Virus record (IMG/VR): IMGVR_UViG_2140918008_000001 | Span: 3,491-67,490 of that record | DNA from: a virus | Lineage: Duplodnaviria > Caudoviricetes | Length of the DNA: 64,000 nt | Strand: one strand, 5' to 3' | Shown: positions 8,257-16,298 of the stretch, piece after piece | Layout: each line of letters begins with the position of its first letter | Position numbering within the stretch: position 1 is the first letter of the stretch | The notes under the pieces: model-generated | Seen by the model: the letters and a program-made list of their open reading frames with translations, nothing else | Told to the model about the DNA's origin: nothing | The model's database searches: none | Position numbers and translations under genes: made by a program

Positions 8257-9626
8257 GTGATGATATTAATGAAATCCCTGAATCATATAGAGGACATAAA
8301 AACATGAACAATCTACAGAAACAGAATGACAAAGTAGAATTAATGTTGTCAGTAATGGAAGATTGGTTTAATTCAAAACCGATTAAACCATTCATTCCAG
8401 GTGAAACATACATCAAGGTTGCACAGATTAATCAGAACCTGGAAGATTACCTATTTATGCTTCGTGCCCTTATTGACGATCACTGGAATGAGGGAGGTAA
8501 ATGGACAGAAGAAGCACAGGAATTATTGAGTGAGATTACTAGACAAGACTATATAAGTTTTGTGAACTCAGGAAGTTCAGCCAACCTTGTAGCATTTTTA
8601 ACTTTGAATGAGAAGTTTGAAACAGATAAAATCATAACTACTGCTGTTGGATTTCCTACTACAATTACTGCACCATTACAAGCAGGGAAGGAAATTGTTT
8701 TCGTAGACACCAACCCTGAGACATTAGAACCTGATTATGACCAATTAAAAGAAGCATATTTTACAGGTTCAGAAAATCGTTATGGTGTTATCTTAGCACA
8801 TACCCTTGGTTTTCCATTTGATGAAGAGGAGGTTATTCTTCGTATTACAGAACGGGAATGTTGGTTTTTATTCGACTGTTGTGATGCTCTTGGAGCAGTA
8901 ACACATGAATATCCTGTTGGAACACAGGCTGATCTTTCAACTTATTCTTTCTATCCTGCTCATCATGTTTCTGCAATCGAGGGTGGGGCAGTCTGTAGTA
9001 GGAATAAAGAACTTACTCGTATTGTAGAATCTTATCGTAACTGGGGACGGGACTGCTATTGTTCTCCAAATGAAGATAATACCTGTGGGGCTAGATTTAA
9101 TCAAAAATGGGGACAGATGCCGAAGGGGTACGATCACAAATACATTTCAGCTAGATTAGGCTATAATTTGAAGATGACAGAGATTCAGGCGTCTTTGCTT
9201 TATAGTCAATTACAGCATGTTCAAGAAATTCAGGAAAGTCGTCTAAATCATTTCAAATATATGAAAGGTCTTTTGGCTGATCTTTCTGATTATTTCCAAT
9301 TTGTGTCGTATGATCCTGCTATCTCAACTCCTTCACCATTCGGATTTCCAATTTTGTGTCGGGAAGGAATTAGTCGTTTAAAACTAATCCGATACTTGGA
9401 AGATAAAAAAGTAGGAACGAGATTAATATTTGGTTCTGATCTTTCGAAACAACCAGCTTTCATTCCATATGTGAGATCAGGCCAAATACAATGTCCATTT
9501 CCCCTTACTGGTGCTGATAACATTACGGATAATGCCTTCTGGATAAGCTGTAATCAAAATCTTACATCTGAACAGATTACTTATATGGTTGAAATTCTAC
9601 ATCAAGCTGTAAAGGAGATAAAATAA
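8253..9626 (+). CDS. rfbH: DegT/DnrJ-family PLP/PMP enzyme, RfbH/DdhC-like (CDP-4-keto-6-deoxyglucose 3-dehydrase E1)
   Basis: VNSGSSANL, AHTLG, FDCCDALG, SFYPAHH (His at the Schiff-base Lys position), GRDCYC..DNTC, GYDHKY, GYNLKMTEIQA. Confidence 0.85.
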   Translation: MSDDINEIPESYRGHKNMNNLQKQNDKVELMLSVMEDWFNSKPIKPFIPGETYIKVAQINQNLEDYLFMLRALIDDHWNEGGKWTEEAQELLSEITRQDYISFVNSGSSANLVAFLTLNEKFETDKIITTAVGFPTTITAPLQAGKEIVFVDTNPETLEPDYDQLKEAYFTGSENRYGVILAHTLGFPFDEEEVILRITERECWFLFDCCDALGAVTHEYPVGTQADLSTYSFYPAHHVSAIEGGAVCSRNKELTRIVESYRNWGRDCYCSPNEDNTCGARFNQKWGQMPKGYDHKYISARLGYNLKMTEIQASLLYSQLQHVQEIQESRLNHFKYMKGLLADLSDYFQFVSYDPAISTPSPFGFPILCREGISRLKLIRYLEDKKVGTRLIFGSDLSKQPAFIPYVRSGQIQCPFPLTGADNITDNAFWISCNQNLTSEQITYMVEILHQAVKEIK

Positions 9627-9856
9627 TATGAACATTGAAGAAGTGGTAAAAGTAGCAGAGGATTCTTTTGCTTCTAGTTTTAAAGCCCAAAATATAGATA
9701 ATGCCACTCTCTATGCTATTCAAAGTATTGCAGCATCTTTATTAGCAATTACTAAAGTTGCAGTTTCAACTGGAGGAAACGGAAATTATTATCCTACGAT
9801 CCAGGTAACTCATTAGTTAGTTGAAATCCTACATAATGCTGTAAAGGAGATAAAAT
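9588..9856 (+). repeat. 37-bp direct repeat (9588-9624 and 9820-9856) flanking a 62-aa ORF
   Basis: GTTGAAATTCTACATCAAGCTGTAAAGGAGATAAAAT vs GTTGAAATCCTACATAATGCTGTAAAGGAGATAAAAT, 34/37 identical. Confidence 0.85.
9628..9816 (+). CDS. hypothetical protein
   Basis: ORF with AAGGAG RBS. Confidence 0.55.
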   Translation: MNIEEVVKVAEDSFASSFKAQNIDNATLYAIQSIAASLLAITKVAVSTGGNGNYYPTIQVTH

Positions 9857-10088
9857 GAACAAAACAATAATTTTTTCTGTCATAAATAAAGAAGATCATT
9901 TAGAAAATAGAGCAGTAGAATTAAGAACAAATGATCTTGCTCTAAATTCCTATGAATTGGGAATACTAGATTTCAATGAAGAAATACATATTACTCTAAC
10001 TAGAGACGAAGTGTTAGACCTTATAAAAGCCTTTGGTTCTTTTATAACACTTACAAGTTCAGTATTGAGTCGCAACCAGACATGCTAG
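9855..10088 (+). CDS. hypothetical protein
   Basis: ORF with AAGGAG RBS. Confidence 0.55.
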   Translation: MNKTIIFSVINKEDHLENRAVELRTNDLALNSYELGILDFNEEIHITLTRDEVLDLIKAFGSFITLTSSVLSRNQTC

Positions 10089-10091
10089 AAA

Positions 10092-10233
10092 TGTGGTATA
10101 ATATGGAGGTCTAGGAAATTTCGAGTGCTTTTTATTTTGTCAACGAAAGGCTGTCCATTTGTGGTAAGCACCGATTTCTTAGACAAAAATCGACAAAAAC
10201 ACAATGGACAGCCTTTTGTATTGAGGAGTGGAA
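10092..10233 (+). promoter_or_regulatory. extended -10 promoter plus structured HNH leader, copy 2
   Basis: TGTGGTATAAT 10092-102; A 10109-19/10174-84, B 10125-30/10166-71, C 10146-63/10200-16; GAGGAG 10223-28. Confidence 0.75.
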
Positions 10234-10863
10234 ATGGGAAGAAAAAATATTGATCGCACAGGTAAGAAATATAACAAACTTCTCGTTATAGAAGAAGCAG
10301 GTAAAGACACAAAAGGAAATTTTTTGTGGAAATGTCAGTGTGATTGCGGAAAAATAATTACAGTTTCGGGAAAAAACCTTAATAATGGGGACGTAAAATC
10401 TTGTGGGTGTTTACGTGATGGACATCCAAAACATGGTCTTGTGTATACTCCCACTTATGAAATATGGTGTGGCATGAAGAAACGGTGTACTAATCCAAAT
10501 TGTGTTGCATGGAAAAATTATGGTGGACGTGGAATTACCCTCTGTGAACGTTGGATGAAATTTGAAAACTTCTATGCCGATATGGGAGAACGTCCTGAAG
10601 GTCTTTCTATTGATCGCATAGATAATAATGGAAATTATGAGCCAGGAAACTGCCGGTGGGCAACCAACACTGAACAAGCAAATAATACTCGCCAAAATCA
10701 TTATCTTACTTACAAAGGGGAAACAAAAACTATCAAGCAATGGGCAAAAGAGTTCAATATGTTATATAGCACTCTATGTGGCAGAATAATAAATTATAAA
10801 TGGCCTATTGAGAAGGCATTAACAGAACCTCTTTATATAGGTGGTCAGTATCCAAAAGCCTAA
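10234..10863 (+). CDS. free-standing HNH-type homing endonuclease (paralog of 4643-5296)
   Basis: DRTGKKYNKLLV, CQCDCG, KSCGC, KRCTNP..YGGRGITLCERW, SIDRIDNNGNYEPGNCRWAT. Confidence 0.85.
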   Translation: MGRKNIDRTGKKYNKLLVIEEAGKDTKGNFLWKCQCDCGKIITVSGKNLNNGDVKSCGCLRDGHPKHGLVYTPTYEIWCGMKKRCTNPNCVAWKNYGGRGITLCERWMKFENFYADMGERPEGLSIDRIDNNGNYEPGNCRWATNTEQANNTRQNHYLTYKGETKTIKQWAKEFNMLYSTLCGRIINYKWPIEKALTEPLYIGGQYPKA

Positions 10864-11299
10864 CGGCGGCCAAACAACAAAGAAAAGATGCTAATGCATC
10901 ATGAGGAAAATCAAAAAATTTCTCTCCTTTTTCTTTTCCGTTACCTAATGCTAAGAAACGCACCTTTGTTGGAGGAATCTTGGTAACTTGGAATCCTAAA
11001 TTATTTAGAATTATCATTGCCGCAGCCCTTGACTCACTCAAAGAAACCTGTCCGAAGCGTTCCCCGTATGACGCTCCTTCAACTACTGCTAATGATGTCT
11101 CAATATCTCCCTTATGGGGCAATATGCAATCTTTTATCGATTCCATTATATTCAACATGCTTTGAACCGGATTTTTCTCTAGTCTAAAATCAATCTGATT
11201 GATAAATACCATATTTCCAACATAAACACTAACTCCCTGATGTCTACCCCCAGGATCAACTCCAACAAAAACTTGTTTAGTCTGTATATCAGTAGTCAT
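10805..11299 (-). CDS. ruvC: RuvC-like Holliday junction resolvase
   Basis: VFVGVDPGG, AVVEGASY, IPPTKVR...GNGKEK, HDALA acidic tetrad pattern. Confidence 0.65.
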   Translation of the reverse strand: MTTDIQTKQVFVGVDPGGRHQGVSVYVGNMVFINQIDFRLEKNPVQSMLNIMESIKDCILPHKGDIETSLAVVEGASYGERFGQVSLSESRAAAMIILNNLGFQVTKIPPTKVRFLALGNGKEKGEKFFDFPHDALASFLCCLAAVRLLDTDHLYKEVLLMPSQ

Positions 11300-11361
11300 T
11301 AAGATCAATGACTGTTTATATACAGAATGTACTATCTCTTTATAATCTATTATTGTCAGGT

Positions 11362-13029
11362 TCATAAATATGCACAAACTGCTCGAATAGATAGTTTACT
11401 TTGATCGTTCAAGTTGTAAATATTATTAATTGTACCAGTATTTTGGTTTGTAAGAAGATAATATGTAGTTTTAGTAGTCAACACTAAGATTTTATTTACA
11501 AAAAATTGGCTGGTTACAGAAGAGGAGTTTTGAACATCCTCTCTATATGTGAAGTCAGTATCAGTCTCACTATTATTTGTGGTAGATAAAGTTGTTTGGA
11601 TATCAATTGCTCCGTTACCTGTTTTATTTGCATAGGCCCTTCCCTTCAATATAATATTCCACACCCCAATAGGAATTGTAATTTGGGTTGTTCCTAAATT
11701 ATAATAAACACTTATTGTTGGATTAGATTGAGAATATTGAGTAACAGATGTTACTTCAACTGTCCACTTAGAGGGGCTAAGTGGAAATCCAAAAGGAGCT
11801 TTTGCTACTGAATAATAAGGAGATGTAATTGCTCCACCTGATAATGTATAATCCGTGCCTCCATAAAGAAGAATTGCAGTGCTAGATGTATAGGACACTG
11901 ACATAACAATAAAATATTTAATTACACTACTATCAATTAATTTTATCCGCATACCAGGAGAGATAACACCAGTTTGATCCCCCGTACAAGTTACAATATA
12001 ATTTGGAGCATCTGCTGATGAATAAGTTAATGTTGGCGCAGAAACCCATCCATCTGATGCTGTTCCTGCTGGAATCGCTCCTATATCTTTTATGTGGTAT
12101 CCATCAGTGTCAAACCCTGCCATGTGACCATTTGTTACTGATGGGCTTCCATAAACATTTCCTCCGCCAGAACTTCCAGTAATTTCACTCCAATGATGTC
12201 CATCTAATTTGTCTGAATTAACTACAATTCCAGTATGTCCAGGATCATAGGTAGATCGATACATATCTCCGTAAGTACCTGTCCCTGATCCATAAGACCC
12301 TGAAATACCAATAAACGGATTACCTCTCAAATCTAATATATCTGTGTATTCATAAATTCCTGTTTGCCCCGAATAAAGTTTTACTGCTGCTACAGGAGCA
12401 TTTCCATAAGGTAAACCTGGAATGTCTGTCAATGATAAAGACATTGAGACTGATCCCGTAGTAAAATCTGTTGTCAAACCATCTGTATCAACGGATACTA
12501 ACATATACCGACTTCCCGATGTTGGAACTAATCCTAAGAGATCAGTTATCCCTGTTGGATAAAACAAATTCCATTGATTATTTGTATAAATGTAATCCGG
12601 GGAAACAACAACTAAAAATCCATACGCATTCAATCGAAATGGCATGTATTGTCTTTTTGAGATAAATACCATATCAGCCCCACCATATTCATGTTGCTGA
12701 TGATGTCCCCCCAAACTAGGAACATTACTAACATTGAGGGAGGGAAAATAACTTAGTTGTCTGATAATCTGCAACTTTACTGGATTACTTGGATAGTAGC
12801 CAATTTCAACAGGCAAATTATCTGCATTAGGAACAACTGAGTTGAAAGCAATTTTTACTCCAGATTGCCCCATAATTCTTACATAAACTTCTGTTCCATT
12901 GGTGGAATTGGGAACAAGAACCACTCCTTGACCATTTCCTAACCAACCTGTATGCATATCAGTTGGATTATTGTTATTGGCAAGTCGATTGATGCTCTTT
13001 GAAAGATTGGCTTGATTTTTTATTTCCAT
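11362..13029 (-). CDS. tail fiber / receptor-binding protein
   Basis: Last gene of the tail block; G/S/T-rich, beta-rich 555 aa. Confidence 0.6.
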   Translation of the reverse strand: MEIKNQANLSKSINRLANNNNPTDMHTGWLGNGQGVVLVPNSTNGTEVYVRIMGQSGVKIAFNSVVPNADNLPVEIGYYPSNPVKLQIIRQLSYFPSLNVSNVPSLGGHHQQHEYGGADMVFISKRQYMPFRLNAYGFLVVVSPDYIYTNNQWNLFYPTGITDLLGLVPTSGSRYMLVSVDTDGLTTDFTTGSVSMSLSLTDIPGLPYGNAPVAAVKLYSGQTGIYEYTDILDLRGNPFIGISGSYGSGTGTYGDMYRSTYDPGHTGIVVNSDKLDGHHWSEITGSSGGGNVYGSPSVTNGHMAGFDTDGYHIKDIGAIPAGTASDGWVSAPTLTYSSADAPNYIVTCTGDQTGVISPGMRIKLIDSSVIKYFIVMSVSYTSSTAILLYGGTDYTLSGGAITSPYYSVAKAPFGFPLSPSKWTVEVTSVTQYSQSNPTISVYYNLGTTQITIPIGVWNIILKGRAYANKTGNGAIDIQTTLSTTNNSETDTDFTYREDVQNSSSVTSQFFVNKILVLTTKTTYYLLTNQNTGTINNIYNLNDQSKLSIRAVCAYL

Positions 13030-13616
13030 TATACATTTCTCCAGAATACATCATGTAGTGTATATTTTACATCAGCAATTCGATAATCATAATCAAAAGT
13101 AATAGAAAAATGCTTAGTTGAACTGCCAATTGGTGTAAATGAAGCAGGGTCATAACCAAGCAAAGTTCTTCTTGGGGTGGCTGTGTTCAGAAGAAGGTAT
13201 CCCCCGCTAGTAGTTGGGCCATATTGCAAAGCAGTTGTCCAATCAATTGGATTGCCAGATATATCTGAAATATTAAATCCTGGAAGAGCACCTTCGTAAC
13301 CAAACCATGTGGCATCTGCGGGATTCTGTATTTCAATATCCACTCCTACTAATCCAGGACAACCTAATGGAACACTTATATCAAAATAGAAAGAAGATGT
13401 AGTACCATAAGTGCCTATATGTTGTTCGGGGTCTGTCAATAATCCACCAGAATACGTTCCACCATAAACCGGAAATGGGCCAACACCATACTTTTTATAA
13501 TATTCTCCATAATAAGACACAAAGGATAATGAACTCATAATGGAATAATCCCCTGGTGTACAAGTTCCTGTTGCTCCTACATATTTCACATTTGAAAATA
13601 CTTGCCACATTCCCAT
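13029..13616 (-). CDS. minor tail protein
   Basis: Position in tail block; aromatic/Gly-rich. Confidence 0.5.
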   Translation of the reverse strand: MGMWQVFSNVKYVGATGTCTPGDYSIMSSLSFVSYYGEYYKKYGVGPFPVYGGTYSGGLLTDPEQHIGTYGTTSSFYFDISVPLGCPGLVGVDIEIQNPADATWFGYEGALPGFNISDISGNPIDWTTALQYGPTTSGGYLLLNTATPRRTLLGYDPASFTPIGSSTKHFSITFDYDYRIADVKYTLHDVFWRNV

Positions 13617-13617
13617 A

Positions 13618-15945
13618 TTACATTATCCTTATTCCAAATATTGCTAAGGTACATAAAGTTAGTCCTGATGCTCCCGAATAAGCAATTGATAAAATATCTC
13701 CAGGAAATAGTGTTGGCGTCCATCCATATAACGCAGTGTCTTGATATTTTTGTGCGGTTGCTAATGTAGCAGGTGTTACATTACAAATCGTATTTACTGC
13801 TGTTGATGGGAATAAGGAATAAGGTTGTTTCCAAATATCTACAACAATACTTCCAGTGGCATCTGCAACTAATGTAACTCTTTGTATTACACAGAGAAAT
13901 GGAACTTCAATATATCCAACAACAACATTTGATCCTCCTGCCCCTGGTACAAAAACAAATGACCAGCCAAATGTTTTAAATAAATCAGGAAGAGGATAGG
14001 CTGGAATAGGAAATGGGGGAATAGTAATAACTGGCGGAGGTGTAGGATAAGCCGGTGCGGGTGGGGGAATTACAGTCATTGCTAATCCATTCCAACCTGT
14101 ATCTACCTGTTTCATGATAATGTCAGAAATGAGTGAAAATCCTGTTGAATTGTATTTCCACTGTATGTCAGTTATCAAGAAAGGAACATTATTAATAAGA
14201 ATATTTCTCACTGTATCTGCTGGCTGAATAGTCGTATGCTCTATCATGGCCGGAGCAATATCCATATTCAAATACATTCCCTTTGGTGTCATATTTAAGG
14301 AATATCTAGAATTAGCATATCCATAATACTTTTGACATAATGTATTCAATTGAGATTGGTCAATAAGAGCTAATCCAGGAACAATTTCATGTTGTGCTTT
14401 TCCTCTTACTGTCGTGAACTCATTCGGAGCAACCGAAATCATTTGTTGCCATGTACCATCACTGTTATTATATGCCACACCATTTAATTCTAGAGAAGTT
14501 ACTACAGGAAGTTCTGTTTCTGTAATTTGTGGCTCATTGATCCAATTATGATTGTAAATAGACATATCCGACACAATATTTCTGGATGCTGGATCAGGAG
14601 CAAATGTGTTTTCACTGAGATACAGCACTCCCCGCCGATCACATATTGCTTCTCCTAATAATGTACCTTTCATGTACCCAGTAATGAAAGATAACATCGA
14701 AGTTTGTTCACTATCATTGATTTCTGTCGGTTGTCCTAGAATATTTGTGTTGTAATCAATCACAACATCATTACAGGTCAAATATGTTGAGTGCCATTTT
14801 AGATACTGCATCAAAAATTTGTATGCAGTTGGATGATACATATAGAACCAAGCAGATTCCCCATCATTTTTCTTGTCTCGATCATCCAAAATTCTAAGAC
14901 TTGGCCCTGTACAATTGTCTAGCATTTGAGTTGGGTTAACAATTGTAAATGTTACACTGGAACGATCATACGCATACTGAATTGAGTTTTGTTGAATATA
15001 CCCAACAAATAGATTGTCTATCCTGCTTTGTTCATAAGATAAATCCAAAGGATTATTATTTGGATTTAGAACAGTTGATCCATACTGAAAATCTCCAAAG
15101 ATACAAACTAATGCCCCAACAATAATAGATGGAATTTGTTCTCGAACTGTTATTGTTGCTGAATATCCATTGTTTCTACGACTTCCCGAAAGACTATCTA
15201 AAGTAAATTTCTGAATGGGGACATTTGACCCTTCCCCTGGTCGATCATAAATGGAAACCTGCCGATAAGATGATCCTGTTATCCCTCCCTGTACTACTGA
15301 TAATGTAGTTGTATAGTGTCCTGGTGTATTGTAAGTTACTGGAACTGTTCCTGTGCTGGTACTATGGGCGATACTACCCCCCTCAAAATCCCATATCAAC
15401 GTATTACTGGTTGGTTGTGGGTCTTTCATCCATACAATACCAGATTGATAATTGTTAACAACACCTTTGAAACCAGCCCAATGACTTCCCATTGTCCACA
15501 CAGGAAATTTGAATGCTGTATCATCTCCAGGCCAGGCAATGTCATAATCTTTCCAACACTGTGAATGTGTTCCCGTAGATACAATTACTCGTTGTACCAC
15601 TGGCCAAACTTCATTGAATTTGATAATAGTTAGATAAAGATTATCTTGCCAATTAATTTCATAGTTTTCTGCAACTGTAATCACTGTTGAAGTTATTGAC
15701 TTTACTCGGATTGTTCCAACATCATTGTTTCCAAGTGTCGTTCCAATATACATTGTCATTCCAGGCCACACTGTTCCATATGAACCTGTGGTAACGGTAT
15801 CATACGGAATTGCCATCGATCCCTTAGCCAATGATCCGCTGTTTATTTGTGCCTGAAGCATAATTGGCGGCTTATACACAGATAAATATAACTTTGCCTG
15901 TTGTGTCTGTTGAACTAATAATGATTCTCGCTGTACTTGAGTCAT
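13618..15945 (-). CDS. tail tip protein with PKD-like domain
   Basis: WDFEGG..VTYNTPGHYTTTLSV PKD-like motif; Pro-rich linker; two genes downstream of the tape measure. Confidence 0.65.
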   Translation of the reverse strand: MTQVQRESLLVQQTQQAKLYLSVYKPPIMLQAQINSGSLAKGSMAIPYDTVTTGSYGTVWPGMTMYIGTTLGNNDVGTIRVKSITSTVITVAENYEINWQDNLYLTIIKFNEVWPVVQRVIVSTGTHSQCWKDYDIAWPGDDTAFKFPVWTMGSHWAGFKGVVNNYQSGIVWMKDPQPTSNTLIWDFEGGSIAHSTSTGTVPVTYNTPGHYTTTLSVVQGGITGSSYRQVSIYDRPGEGSNVPIQKFTLDSLSGSRRNNGYSATITVREQIPSIIVGALVCIFGDFQYGSTVLNPNNNPLDLSYEQSRIDNLFVGYIQQNSIQYAYDRSSVTFTIVNPTQMLDNCTGPSLRILDDRDKKNDGESAWFYMYHPTAYKFLMQYLKWHSTYLTCNDVVIDYNTNILGQPTEINDSEQTSMLSFITGYMKGTLLGEAICDRRGVLYLSENTFAPDPASRNIVSDMSIYNHNWINEPQITETELPVVTSLELNGVAYNNSDGTWQQMISVAPNEFTTVRGKAQHEIVPGLALIDQSQLNTLCQKYYGYANSRYSLNMTPKGMYLNMDIAPAMIEHTTIQPADTVRNILINNVPFLITDIQWKYNSTGFSLISDIIMKQVDTGWNGLAMTVIPPPAPAYPTPPPVITIPPFPIPAYPLPDLFKTFGWSFVFVPGAGGSNVVVGYIEVPFLCVIQRVTLVADATGSIVVDIWKQPYSLFPSTAVNTICNVTPATLATAQKYQDTALYGWTPTLFPGDILSIAYSGASGLTLCTLAIFGIRIM

Positions 15946-15947
15946 AT

Positions 15948-16298
15948 CTACTCGGTTCTTATGTTATTTACAACTAATTTCAAAGTTTGTTCAAATTCAT
16001 TGAAATAGGTATCAAAGGTCGGTTCCTGTAAAACACATCCAGTATAGGATTTGAATACGTAACTTCCCGCTTGATAAGAGGGTAAATCTACAATAACTGA
16101 TCCTGATATAGAACAAAAATTATAAAATCCTTGTAGTTGGGCTGCTCCAGTAGAACTGATAAAATCCCAAGACATTTCATAAGATCGGACTGCAACATAC
16201 ATTGGATGCCCACCACCATCAAATCCTTGTGATGGCCTGGCAATCCAATGATGTGTTGAGGGTTGAACAATAAAAGGAATACCATTTACTGCATACAT
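15948..16298 (-). CDS. distal tail-like minor tail protein
   Basis: 116 aa directly after the tape measure. Confidence 0.55.
   Translation of the reverse strand: MYAVNGIPFIVQPSTHHWIARPSQGFDGGGHPMYVAVRSYEMSWDFISSTGAAQLQGFYNFCSISGSVIVDLPSYQAGSYVFKSYTGCVLQEPTFDTYFNEFEQTLKLVVNNIRTE

Noticed and set aside
553-9858. TAG stop-codon reassignment (code 15 Gln, or Trp)
   Set aside because: Only three internal TAGs were found, plus one arguable case at 9814. Long genes have none, and core genes (major capsid, major tail, adaptor, holin) end cleanly at TAG. Similar lesions involve TGA and TAA. No suppressor tRNA is present.
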